Positions 25,451 through 37,241 of a stretch of DNA of 40,632 bases are shown piece by piece. The position numbers were made by a program, and so were the translations under genes. The DNA comes from a virus. The stretch lies in IMG/VR virus record IMGVR_UViG_3300022918_000007, positions 1-40,632 of that record; one strand, written 5' to 3'. Within the stretch, counting starts at the first letter, position 1. Each line of letters starts with the position of its first letter. Below the pieces are notes generated by a model. The model worked only from the letters and a program-made list of their open reading frames with translations, was not told where the DNA came from and searched no databases.

Positions 25451-25974
25451 AGATCCCAGTCGTTAGAGTTAAAGCAAGTGTCAAACGGCACATTCAACAG
25501 GATCGAAACCTGCCAGCCGGTATACGGCAATGCGCCGACCCTGGTGTGAGGAACGACCCGGACATTACTAATAACATCAAAAGCGCGCTTCAAGACGGGG
25601 TCGCCGTTCTTTGAGTCAAACTTCATTCTCGCCAGGATCTCGTTAACCACATTTTGGCAAGCATCCTTCGCCTGGCGCTCCTTAATCGTATCACCACTTT
25701 TGTAGGCCTGGAGAACGAAGAACATAACCTGGTGCTTATCCAACTCTTTAGCACTTCCCTTCTGCCAATCAATCGTTCGCACGTAGTCGATGAAGTGCAT
25801 GAACGGTCCTAATTTCGGATCGGGAAGATAGGTGGTGGTTGCAAGGAAGAAGTTTTCCAGGGTGGTACAGAAAAATTTCTGATGGTGGGGCTGAACGCCC
25901 ACGGCGTGCTTGATTTTCTTGTTCTGAATTGCGAGCGTTTCAAAATAGGATACCCACGTTGTGTAAAAAGCCAT
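25447..25974 (-). CDS. Hypothetical tail protein (distal-tail position)
   Basis: 175 aa with an ATGA overlap onto the 813-aa gene. It is the first tail gene after the moron island. Confidence 0.45.
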   Translation of the reverse strand: MAFYTTWVSYFETLAIQNKKIKHAVGVQPHHQKFFCTTLENFFLATTTYLPDPKLGPFMHFIDYVRTIDWQKGSAKELDKHQVMFFVLQAYKSGDTIKERQAKDACQNVVNEILARMKFDSKNGDPVLKRAFDVISNVRVVPHTRVGALPYTGWQVSILLNVPFDTCFNSNDWDL

Positions 25975-26023
25975 GAAGCGAATTTCTCAATACGCGCGCG
26001 GGCGCGAAAGGACAGCGATTACT

Positions 26024-26031
26024 TACCTTTG
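26024..26031 (+). promoter_or_regulatory. -7 box TACCTTTG for the plus-strand moron gene
   Basis: Exact TAnnTTTG match ending 15 nt upstream of the ATG at 26047. Confidence 0.5.
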
Positions 26032-26046
26032 TTCCAAAAAAAATCA

Positions 26047-26349
26047 ATGATTCATAACACAAGATATTTCGCGGATAAGGTGAAGGAAACCGGAAGGGTT
26101 CCAGTGCTCAATGCAGAGCAGTTTTCCCGAATGATGAATATTATCTTTCTCGAAGCCCAGGTTCAGGCGCTCAGATTGACAAAGGTAAAGGCTGACTATC
26201 AGACAAGTCACCGTGAACGATTTGAAGAAGTTGAGGATAAGCTGATCTTGTTGTTGAAAGGCAAACAGCCGCGCGAGCTCTACCAGGAAATGCTGGATCT
26301 TTCGGCCGCTCATCCGGATCCTGTAGAAGAACAAAAAAGCCCCGAATGA
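26047..26349 (+). CDS. Hypothetical 100-aa moron protein
   Basis: The internal ATG of listed ORF 25882..26349 is preceded by a promoter box. The stop codon lies in the loop of a terminator. Confidence 0.55.
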   Translation: MIHNTRYFADKVKETGRVPVLNAEQFSRMMNIIFLEAQVQALRLTKVKADYQTSHRERFEEVEDKLILLLKGKQPRELYQEMLDLSAAHPDPVEEQKSPE

Positions 26350-26360
26350 TCGGGGCTTTT
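26333..26360. terminator. Bidirectional intrinsic terminator
   Basis: aaaaaa-GCCCCGA-atga-TCGGGGC-tttt between convergent genes. Confidence 0.75.
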
Positions 26361-26362
26361 GC

Positions 26363-26515
26363 TCAGGGCTTTCTTCCCAAGAGGTACCTTGTGAGCTCCC
26401 AAAGTGGGTTTGCCTTTTTTTCGGTTTTTTGCTTAACCTGATCAATGATCACCTTATCGGCTTTGATCTCTACGTTTCCCAGGTAAATGGTACCTGTGTT
26501 AATTATCGTATACAT
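26363..26515 (-). CDS. Possible 50-aa ORF (below the ORF-track cutoff)
   Basis: Hand translation gives MYTIINTGTIYLGNVEIKADKVIIDQVKQKTEKKANPLWELTRYLLGRKP, ending 3 nt before the terminator. Confidence 0.3.
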   Translation of the reverse strand: MYTIINTGTIYLGNVEIKADKVIIDQVKQKTEKKANPLWELTRYLLGRKP

Positions 26516-26595
26516 ATCTCTGATGTTTTGTTATTAGCAAAGATCAGAGCTGCAGGCGCAAGATTCAGCGGACGAATAAAAACTACGTAGAACCG

Positions 26596-26841
26596 TTATC
26601 GGGATTCTGAATAGTGCTGGATTATAGGATCCTCGTCATCACGGTGTTGTATTATCCTATCCGCCTGGTTAAGAGAGTCAAGTCGATCGACTGCTTTGTC
26701 TCTTTCGTTTACCAGCTTTTGAATTGCTTTATCATCTTCAGCCGCCGACTCCCTTATATTGAGTTTCAGACCTATGATTCCGCCAATGCAGAGCATTGCA
26801 ATGGATAAAAGTACTGCCGGTATTAGTAGATTTTTTTTCAT
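26596..26841 (-). CDS. Small N-terminally anchored membrane protein
   Basis: 81 aa. MKKNLLIPAVLLSIAMLCIGGIIGL followed by a charged helical region. Confidence 0.55.
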   Translation of the reverse strand: MKKNLLIPAVLLSIAMLCIGGIIGLKLNIRESAAEDDKAIQKLVNERDKAVDRLDSLNQADRIIQHRDDEDPIIQHYSESR

Positions 26842-27041
26842 TTTTTTGTCTGGTTAAATTCTACGTTTAATTCTTCAAGGGTAAAGCTTCCAGTCGCATA
26901 CTTCTCATCAATACTACCGTAAATAGTTGCGTGGAACCTAATAAAGCTATCAGGCTCAGCGAAACATAGATTAAATTCTTCAGCTCCTTTTTCGCCCGAT
27001 GCAGATGATCGTTCACACGATATCAACCGTAATTTTCCCAT
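26838..27041 (-). CDS. Hypothetical 67-aa protein
   Basis: ATG at 27041 (the listed start at 27047 is GTG). 4-nt overlap with the downstream gene. Confidence 0.45.
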   Translation of the reverse strand: MGKLRLISCERSSASGEKGAEEFNLCFAEPDSFIRFHATIYGSIDEKYATGSFTLEELNVEFNQTKK

Positions 27042-27174
27042 ACACACCTTTTGAATTACTTTTCTTGTACTTGCTTGCAGTACCTAATTTCCCATTAAAG
27101 TACTAAAATACTTCATTTTAACATTTCAGACAATTTACTGTATATTCGTCGCTCACTTTAAAAGAAGAATCACT

Positions 27175-27510
27175 ATGAAAAAAATGATCCTGGTAGCTTT
27201 TGCTCTATGCTGCCTTAACCAGCTTTCTGCCCAGACGGCTGACACAACCAAATTTGTTTACTGCGAAATCGTCGGAACGCAGAAGCTCCTTTCTACGAAA
27301 CTGAACATTGTAGTCGACTATGGAGAACAACGCTCGATGTTTAAGCAGAACTGGGTGCGTGACTCGGAAGGAAAGATCCAGACGTTCTTTTCGATGGTAG
27401 ACGCCCTGAACTACATGGGCGTAAACGGGTGGGAATTTTCCCAAGCATACGTTGTTACGGCCAACAACCAGAATGTCTACCATTACCTGATGAAAAGGAA
27501 AAACGAATAA
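27175..27510 (+). CDS. Small secreted protein (signal peptide)
   Basis: MKKMILVAFALCCLNQLSAQ has the features of a signal peptide. 111 aa, with its own terminator. Confidence 0.6.
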   Translation: MKKMILVAFALCCLNQLSAQTADTTKFVYCEIVGTQKLLSTKLNIVVDYGEQRSMFKQNWVRDSEGKIQTFFSMVDALNYMGVNGWEFSQAYVVTANNQNVYHYLMKRKNE

Positions 27511-27513
27511 AAG

Positions 27514-27542
27514 AAAAAGCCCCGATCACTCGGGGCTTTTTT
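27514..27542. terminator. Bidirectional intrinsic terminator
   Basis: aaaaa-GCCCCGA-tcac-TCGGGGC-tttttt. The stem sequence is the same as in the 26339-26356 terminator. Confidence 0.75.
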
Positions 27543-27546
27543 GTTG

Positions 27547-27825
27547 CTAATCGATTCTGTTCAGGATCTCGAAAACACAGTAGAGCGCTACTGCTTCTTC
27601 TTCCGATACCGCACTGTCTTCATTGGCCAGGTAATCGACGGTCATCATAAAGAAAAGCTTCCGTGCCTTTGCCGGAAAGTCTTTTCCCTGGTCCAGCAGA
27701 TCTCTGACGGGGCCGGCGAGCTTTAGCCCGTAGTCAATTTCTTCTTTACCTGGTGAATCATTGAGTTGCTGCATGAACTCTTCCAGACGCGCAGCCTGCG
27801 TCTCTTCCTCTTTTACTTGTTGCAT
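27547..27825 (-). CDS. Hypothetical acidic 92-aa protein
   Basis: Start set to the internal ATG (MQQVKEEETQ...). The upstream part of the listed ORF is hydrophobic low-complexity sequence. Confidence 0.5.
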   Translation of the reverse strand: MQQVKEEETQAARLEEFMQQLNDSPGKEEIDYGLKLAGPVRDLLDQGKDFPAKARKLFFMMTVDYLANEDSAVSEEEAVALYCVFEILNRID

Positions 27826-28008
27826 GAGAAATATAATATAGATCCCGCGGGCACTGCAACAAAACTTTGCAAGCAAAGAAAGAGGCGTCTCTTAAACGCA
27901 TACCCACGGGAAATGGATGAATGATAGTTACTGACATAATTGTAAGCTTGAAAATTTTGTTGCACTACAAAGTTACTGCAGCTGAAGGAATTATACACAT
28001 CCATTGTT

Positions 28009-28056
28009 GTGTCTATTTTGTTTCCTTTTTGTTTCTTATTTGGCACTATTTGGCAA
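28009..28056 (+). promoter_or_regulatory. Plus-strand copy of the GTTTC/T-tract promoter element, followed by a duplicated TATTTGGCA
   Basis: GTGTCTATTTTGTTTCCTTTTTGTTTCTTATTTGGCACTATTTGGCA. GTTTC units at 28020 and 28031 (11-bp period). No ORF lies downstream. Confidence 0.4.
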
Positions 28057-28132
28057 TAAATGCTACATTAGCACTTTCATAATTATTCTTTAATCTGTTT
28101 GTGAAGAATGCCTTTCTCCCGGGGGCGAAAAG

Positions 28133-28167
28133 AAAAGCCCACCTTTAGCTAGGGTGGGCTTTTTTTT
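28133..28167. terminator. Bidirectional intrinsic terminator after the tape measure gene
   Basis: aaaa-GCCCACC-tttagctag-GGTGGGC-tttttttt (stem 28137-28143/28153-28159). Confidence 0.75.
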
Positions 28168-28181
28168 GTGGTTATACCTGA

Positions 28182-31100
28182 TCACCGGAATCGATCCAGC
28201 TTATCCGTTTCAGTTTTGATATCCTGAAGATTCTTATCCCCGATGTTAATGCCCAGCCCCCTGCTAATCTGGGTATTCAGTCTATCCTGAGTTCTGAGGA
28301 GTTCCTTCAGCACGGTTGTCAGATCATCACCGGTTCCTCCGGCGCCTGATGTATATCCGCCGTCGGCATATTGCTGAACGCGGTTGGTCCGGATCGCATC
28401 GATCGCCTCCACGTGGTTGGCAACTACCTGGTTTTTCATCAGGTGATGGGGAACGAAATATTCACCGCCTTTTTCGGATATCAACGCAGTGGCCGGGAAA
28501 TTTGGTGTCATTCCGCCACGCAATTTGCCGATGTGTTTTGCACGGTAACGCAGACCATCTTTTTTGCCTATTACATCAGAGTAACCACCATCGGCATATT
28601 GTGGCAGCGGTTCGTTTTTAATTGCCTGAACATTGAGATAACCTTGAGCCAAAGCCAAACCTGCGGGAACAAGTCCTAAAGGGAACGGTAAACTTGCGAA
28701 AGACTTCGCTGCTGCGAGTGTAGCCTGGATAATCGCCTGGAATATGGCAACCTTGCGTTCTTTTTCCGCTTGCTCGAGTTGGGCTTTGCCAAGTTCCTTC
28801 CGGTTTTCTTCATCCATTATTTTTTTCTTGTCATCGTACTCCTGTTGAGTGATCTCCTTATTGGCCAGCTGGGCGTCCAGGGCGTCGAGTTCTGCCTTTT
28901 GTTTCGCCTTTATAGCGTTGTTCTCTTTATTCGCCTGGATCTTATTAAGTTGGTTGATGAAGCCAAAGGCCGTTTCCATTTTCTCAGTGACCTTGTTTAT
29001 CCGCTGTTCATCAATTTCCATTAACTTCTTCGAAGCCTGCTTATTCATTTCCTCGATCTTGGCCAGGTGCTCGAACTCCAGCTGCTCTTTGCGCAGCTTC
29101 AGCTCCTCTGCATTGATCATGTTATCATCGAACTGATCCATGAGTGCCTCGAGGCGTCTTTTCTTATCGTGCTCTAGCTGTTCTTCCAGTGCGGCACGGA
29201 GAATAGCGTTTGCTCGATTCTGCTCTTCCTGGGATTTGGTAAGAGCAGCATTGGCAGCCGCCTGAGCATGCAACACTTTCAATTCAATAATTGCATCCTG
29301 AAGGGAAGTTTCCTGGGTGATCGCCTCGAGGTTTGCCTGTTTCTGAGCTTCGTATTTGGCGGCCTTTTCTTCCTTGGCGTATTTGTCCACCAGCAGCTGC
29401 CTCTGCTGTGCATAGTCCTGGTCTTCGATAAGCAGCAGCGCATTGTATTGCTTGGCCGCCTCAACGCCGATTTCTCCCTTTTCCTTCATGAGCTCACGCG
29501 CCTTGGCAATTTCTGCTGCGTATTTTTTCTCGATCGTGTCCTGGAGAACGAATAATTCTTTGTTCAGGCCATCTTCATAAGCATTCAGCCTTGCGTCGTA
29601 ATCTGCACTATGCTGCAGCTGCTCGGTAGCCTTGATTAGTTCGGCGAGCTCGCCTCGAAGCTTCTCGTAAGCTTCGGCCGCTTTCTTCGCTGCTTTTTCC
29701 TGCTCCTTGGTCTGATGAATTACTACTTCTGTTTCCGCGGCCAGGTTCTTTGATTCCTCTGTTGCGGAGCTGAGCTCGCTGGAATAGATTCCAATTTTTT
29801 CACCGGTGCCGCCGATTCGAGCATCGAGTGTGGCGATCTTATTAATCAGCTTACCAACGGGAGTCACGTCAGCGATCCCGTACATATCCTCCGCCATCTG
29901 GCCTTGCATCCGTTGGGTTTCAAAAAGCGTTGTTCCCATTTTTGCTTTCAACGCCTCCAGCTCTTTTACAGCTGCTTCCCGGTCGGCGATGTATCCTTTC
30001 TTCCGTTGGGAAACGGCGTCCAGATCGTATTTTGATTGTTTGGCCGTGGCGTCGATCAGCGCCTGTTTATCTTTCAGCAGCTTCGCATTAATGGCAATCG
30101 TGTTCTTGCCATTTTTGGCAATGTCGATGGCGGCCTGCCTTTCCAACGCGGCGATATCTTTCATCAATTTCTCCTGGCGTGCATCTACCCGGCCGCCGGC
30201 ATTCTTCCCGGCGATCGATTTCATTTGCTCTAGCTTTTTTAAAGCCTCCTCAGCTTGCGCTGCGCCTGATGCGATGTTCCAGATCTCTGTTCCGAGTTCG
30301 ACAGCCATGGCGGTAATCGCGGCCCAGCCGACACTCTTCAACGCTGATCCGAAGCCTTTGGTAGACTTTCCTCCATCTTCTGCAGCTTTACTTACCTTGA
30401 AGAAATTGGAAGCAAGATCCTTCAGTCCGCCGTTACTTACGAAGGTGGCAGCGTTCATGGCGGCCATCGCTACCTTGTAGGCGATGAATGTTTTGATTCC
30501 TTTACCGATCAGTGAAAAAATGGTACTCATGTTCTGAGCCAGGAAGTCAAGCGTTTTGATGAAACCGTCGCCGCCTTTTTTCAGAACCAGGAACTGATTC
30601 ATGAATGACGTCGTTAACCGCTCGATGGATTCGCCCATTGTGTGGCTATTGGCATCAGCCATTTTTTGAGTAGTGCCAGTTTTGTCATACTGAGTTTCCA
30701 GTTTCTTAAGCTCTTCGCGCTCTGCGATGAGTGTTTGGATCGCCAGGAGGTTTTCTTCGCCGTATTTCTCCTTCAGGTAGGTAACGTCTTTTACTTTATC
30801 GCCCAACAAGTCGAGCTCATTCGTGAACCCGGAGAAAGCCCGGCCGCTTTCCTGGGCGGAAACCTGCATTTTAATTAAAATTCCGCGCATATTGGTGCCG
30901 GCAGTAGATGGCTCTTTGATTTTCTTTCCGAGTATTTCCAGCGCTGCAGCGCTTGTGGCAATTCCAACACCTGTTTGCTTTGCCACGCCGCCAAATTTAC
31001 CAAATGCTTCAGTCAGATAAGGGATCTCCTGTACTCCAATTTGCGAAGCATTCGCTAGTGTATCCATTACTTTCCCCGCTTTAGACGCTGGTTCGTTAAA

Positions 31101-31715
31101 AGCGCTGAGGGTGGAGGTCAGATTCGCGATCGATGTAGGAACATCGTCTCCGGATGCCTGGGAGAGAATGATGGCCTTTTCTGTGAGATCGGCCATGGCC
31201 CGTGCGTTTTTCAGAAGCTCCGGACGTGCAGATCCGGCTAGCTTTATAGCCGTCACAATATCAGCTGCAGATTTGCCGTATTGACTTGAAAGCTCGATAG
31301 ATTTCTGTTCGAACACTTTCATCTGGTCAGCAGTGGCGCCGGTTACAGCTTTCAGATCTCCCAGCGCTCTATCGTATTCAATAATTCCCTTAATTCCGGA
31401 CATTATGCCACTAAAGAATGCGTTTGCAGCGGACGTTAGTACGGAGAACGCCAACGCCATGGGCGCGAAATTCTTCAGCATGCCTTTCATGTTCTGAATG
31501 GCTTCCTGGAAACTATTGGAAATCCCTTTGACGTTGTTCTTGTGAACCTTCAATTCCTCGCCTTTCGATAACAGCTGCTTCAGCTTCAGATTGTATTCGT
31601 TGGATCCGATTGTCAGATCCTTTAGCTCCCGGTTGAGCTTGTTGTATTCTTTAGTGAGAATTCGTGCGGTCGTGCCAGCCTCGGTGCCGTCAATGATGAT
31701 TTTCGTTTTAGCCAT
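28182..31715 (-). CDS. Tail tape measure protein
   Basis: 1177 aa. The N-terminal DLKAVTGATADQM...SAADIVTAIKLAGSA resembles the TP901-type TMP domain. Hydrophobic segments and a long coiled coil are present. Confidence 0.85.
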   Translation of the reverse strand: MAKTKIIIDGTEAGTTARILTKEYNKLNRELKDLTIGSNEYNLKLKQLLSKGEELKVHKNNVKGISNSFQEAIQNMKGMLKNFAPMALAFSVLTSAANAFFSGIMSGIKGIIEYDRALGDLKAVTGATADQMKVFEQKSIELSSQYGKSAADIVTAIKLAGSARPELLKNARAMADLTEKAIILSQASGDDVPTSIANLTSTLSAFNEPASKAGKVMDTLANASQIGVQEIPYLTEAFGKFGGVAKQTGVGIATSAAALEILGKKIKEPSTAGTNMRGILIKMQVSAQESGRAFSGFTNELDLLGDKVKDVTYLKEKYGEENLLAIQTLIAEREELKKLETQYDKTGTTQKMADANSHTMGESIERLTTSFMNQFLVLKKGGDGFIKTLDFLAQNMSTIFSLIGKGIKTFIAYKVAMAAMNAATFVSNGGLKDLASNFFKVSKAAEDGGKSTKGFGSALKSVGWAAITAMAVELGTEIWNIASGAAQAEEALKKLEQMKSIAGKNAGGRVDARQEKLMKDIAALERQAAIDIAKNGKNTIAINAKLLKDKQALIDATAKQSKYDLDAVSQRKKGYIADREAAVKELEALKAKMGTTLFETQRMQGQMAEDMYGIADVTPVGKLINKIATLDARIGGTGEKIGIYSSELSSATEESKNLAAETEVVIHQTKEQEKAAKKAAEAYEKLRGELAELIKATEQLQHSADYDARLNAYEDGLNKELFVLQDTIEKKYAAEIAKARELMKEKGEIGVEAAKQYNALLLIEDQDYAQQRQLLVDKYAKEEKAAKYEAQKQANLEAITQETSLQDAIIELKVLHAQAAANAALTKSQEEQNRANAILRAALEEQLEHDKKRRLEALMDQFDDNMINAEELKLRKEQLEFEHLAKIEEMNKQASKKLMEIDEQRINKVTEKMETAFGFINQLNKIQANKENNAIKAKQKAELDALDAQLANKEITQQEYDDKKKIMDEENRKELGKAQLEQAEKERKVAIFQAIIQATLAAAKSFASLPFPLGLVPAGLALAQGYLNVQAIKNEPLPQYADGGYSDVIGKKDGLRYRAKHIGKLRGGMTPNFPATALISEKGGEYFVPHHLMKNQVVANHVEAIDAIRTNRVQQYADGGYTSGAGGTGDDLTTVLKELLRTQDRLNTQISRGLGINIGDKNLQDIKTETDKLDRFR

Positions 31716-31717
31716 GG

Positions 31718-32104
31718 CTAGAGGTTGGGGTTTTCTAAAGCGTCAATAATATCCTGGACAATCATCTGAGCATATAACTCAGCGTAATCGAGATCGATCT
31801 GCTCGATGTGAGCATTAATCGCCTCACTTCTCCAGTGTTTCGGTGTCAGATCAACGCCTTTTCCAAAAACATTACTTGCTCCATTTTCCCAGAGAAAGCC
31901 GTACCACTCGTAAGAGAAAGTAAGGGAGTCAACCACGCTGTCTTTTGTTGTGACAGCACCTTTGAGTGAGTTGAGTAAAACGGACTTGTCGACAAGATCC
32001 ATCGCGTGAAGGTTCCTGGCCATGTCACCAAGCACCAAATCGATAGATTTCTTTCCAAGCTCCTTTGCTTTGGCTAGATCGTAATTGCTCCAGTCCAATT
32101 TCAT
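31718..32104 (-). CDS. Candidate tail assembly chaperone (by position)
   Basis: 128-aa acidic ORF, 2 nt upstream of the tape measure gene. Confidence 0.35.
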   Translation of the reverse strand: MKLDWSNYDLAKAKELGKKSIDLVLGDMARNLHAMDLVDKSVLLNSLKGAVTTKDSVVDSLTFSYEWYGFLWENGASNVFGKGVDLTPKHWRSEAINAHIEQIDLDYAELYAQMIVQDIIDALENPNL

Positions 32105-32143
32105 CTTGCGAAAATGGCTGTAAACGCATGCTCAGGAAAGGAC

Positions 32144-32173
32144 AAAAAAAAGCCCCGAACGAGCGTCCGGAGC
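32144..32173 (-). terminator. Strand-specific intrinsic terminator ending the early operon
   Basis: Minus-strand RNA has a 9-bp stem containing two G-U pairs (C-A mismatches on the plus strand), followed by U8. Confidence 0.7.
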
Positions 32174-32197
32174 TATCCTTTATGTCAGTAAAGAATG

Positions 32198-32428
32198 TTA
32201 TTTCTGTTCAGGGGATCGCTTCAGTTTCCTGGAAAAGAACAGCCAAATTTTGACCACCAGCAACACTGGCCAGAACCATGCTACGCGCACCAGGTCAGCT
32301 GTTTTTCCACTGGGATTATCCCAGGTGCTCTGCGTTTCTGTTCGACTGGGGTAGTTCCTGATCAGGCTTGCTGCTACAAATGGAATAACAGCCAAGTAGC
32401 CGATAATTATTAAAAGTGTTGTCGTCAT
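32198..32428 (-). CDS. Small two-pass membrane protein
   Basis: 76 aa. LLIIIGYLAVIPFVAASLI and VAWFWPVLLVVKIWLFF. Confidence 0.5.
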   Translation of the reverse strand: MTTTLLIIIGYLAVIPFVAASLIRNYPSRTETQSTWDNPSGKTADLVRVAWFWPVLLVVKIWLFFSRKLKRSPEQK

Positions 32429-32877
32429 AAGTTCATTGCTTTATTAAGTTTTGCGGTCACATGCTCTAATTCTGAAAACCAGTCGCCAGGCTCGAGATTC
32501 TTATCAATGATCTCGATAATGCCTTCCAGCATTCCTAAACTGCCTGTTGCAGCTCTTAATATTGGAAGCAATTCTTCTGGCTTGCCTGTGTCTTTAGTAG
32601 TCTTCTGAACGATGTAGCTGTTCAACGACCGGCCGAATTCATCTATATTCCTGATCAGATCCTTTGCGCAAAGGAATTCCGGATTTTCTGAGGATCTCTG
32701 CAAATCGAGAATAAGCTTGGCCAGATCCGCTAATTCATCACCGATGTTAATCGACTTGTAGAGTCCTGGGTTGGCAGCAGCATCCCTAATGGCGATGTTC
32801 ATGATTTGAGTTACCACCTCAGCTCCCTCATGCGTGGAAAAGTAAGCACTAACGATGGTTTTGATTGTGTTTTGCAT
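32425..32877 (-). CDS. Hypothetical protein
   Basis: 150-aa helical ORF. Confidence 0.55.
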   Translation of the reverse strand: MQNTIKTIVSAYFSTHEGAEVVTQIMNIAIRDAAANPGLYKSINIGDELADLAKLILDLQRSSENPEFLCAKDLIRNIDEFGRSLNSYIVQKTTKDTGKPEELLPILRAATGSLGMLEGIIEIIDKNLEPGDWFSELEHVTAKLNKAMNL

Positions 32878-33013
32878 GTGTAGTTTTTATTAAATTGATG
32901 TGGAAATTAACAATATTTCAGGGTTTTGTTGTTATTAAACAAACGATTGCTATGTACGTGACCAGCAACACTATTTTCAGAATTATAAGGTTTCTTAACT
33001 GTGGCATGCTTCC

Positions 33014-36272
<3,259 letters not shown>

Positions 36273-36295
<23 letters not shown>

Positions 36296-36566
36296 GATCT
36301 TTATACCTTACGTGAGAAATAACAGGGATTTGAAGTGCTTGTGCAATCATCACCAGCTGCTTGAGTAATTTGTCATCATGCCAGTTATCGAGGGTGACCA
36401 CAAAGTCTACTTTTGTCATTCGTCCTGTGGCTTCACTCAGGTCTGAATAGTCGATCATCGGACGTGCTAATTGAATTCCTCGAAGTCCAGGAGTATCAAA
36501 CTGGCTTAGGGGGTAAAGCTTAAAATCGTCATTCGTTCCGACGATCATGATTGTAAAGTTCCGCAT
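36273..36566 (-). CDS. Hypothetical protein
   Basis: 97-aa ORF in the early operon. Confidence 0.5.
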
Positions 36567-36819
36567 AGAATTTTTTCTTGATTGTTTCTCCGGACTTGTT
36601 ATCCGGAATTAGGTAAGAAATGCTTGTTTCGTTTCGCCTGGCAAAATCTCTCCAGCCTTTTGAGTCCCACTTTGAGCCGTAAGCGGCCATGTAGTTGTTC
36701 AGCTCTGAGATGTAGCGCAGACAGGTGATCTTGTTTTTGCCACTGGTATCCCGATCGATCAATCGTTTCCGCATGGAAATGATGGTTTTGATCGTTGCAT
36801 GAATACCGATGGCGGACAT
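36529..36819 (-). CDS. Hypothetical protein
   Basis: 96-aa basic ORF in the early operon. Confidence 0.5.
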   Translation of the reverse strand: MSAIGIHATIKTIISMRKRLIDRDTSGKNKITCLRYISELNNYMAAYGSKWDSKGWRDFARRNETSISYLIPDNKSGETIKKKFYAELYNHDRRNE

Positions 36820-37106
36820 TAGCTTGCTTTGGCTTGTCGCCGATTGAACATCCTGGCTCTTGCTACTTTTCGTTCCTGGATCTTGAATAGCTCAAATGCA
36901 GCAGCCAGGATCGGTTCGGATGCATATTCCGCATTTAGGAGAGATTTCCGAATATAACCTTCTGTGTAATTTTCGCCATTTGATTTTTTAACCATTCCCT
37001 GAATCGTTCTTGCGTACTTTGGACCAAGCCCATTTCGCAACCGGGTAAAGTCCTGCACGCTCATTTCAGCGGCCTGCTTGTTCGATAGTTCTTGTTTTAA
37101 ACGCAT
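36819..37106 (-). CDS. Cro-like early regulator candidate (first gene of the leftward operon)
   Basis: 95-aa basic protein, divergent from the repressor gene. Called from position only. Confidence 0.4.
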   Translation of the reverse strand: MRLKQELSNKQAAEMSVQDFTRLRNGLGPKYARTIQGMVKKSNGENYTEGYIRKSLLNAEYASEPILAAAFELFKIQERKVARARMFNRRQAKAS

Positions 37107-37125
37107 GAGATATTTGTTGTTTGCT

Positions 37126-37180
37126 CAAAAGTAGAAAAAAAGTAGAAAAAAGAAACAAAAAAGAAACAAAAAAGAAACAC
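37126..37180 (-). promoter_or_regulatory. Early promoter with a TACTTTTG -7 box (37126-37133) and five units phased at 11 bp (GTAGA x2, GAAAC x3)
   Basis: The minus strand reads GTGTTTCTTTTTTGTTTCTTTTTTGTTTCTTTTTTCTACTTTTTTTCTACTTTTG, then 19 nt, then ATG. Confidence 0.65.
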
Positions 37181-37221
37181 AATTGATTCATTTTTGGGAT
37201 AAAAAGAAACGAAAAAGACAA

Positions 37222-37229
37222 TAACTTTG
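37222..37229 (+). promoter_or_regulatory. -7 box TAACTTTG for the repressor gene (very short leader)
   Basis: Exact TAnnTTTG match ending 12 nt before the ATG at 37242. Confidence 0.5.
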
Positions 37230-37241
37230 GGAAAAAATGAA

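Noticed and set aside
27813-28046. 77-aa minus-strand ORF spanning the gap between the 27547..27825 gene and the orphan promoter element.
   Set aside because: It overlaps the neighbouring gene start and the repeat element, its product has implausible composition, and it has no coupling to its neighbours.
31718-32104. Programmed -1 frameshift pair of chaperone genes upstream of the tape measure gene.
   Set aside because: Only one ORF precedes the tape measure gene. The internal alternative-frame ORF (31846..32058) has an implausible product, and I saw no slippery heptamer I could defend.
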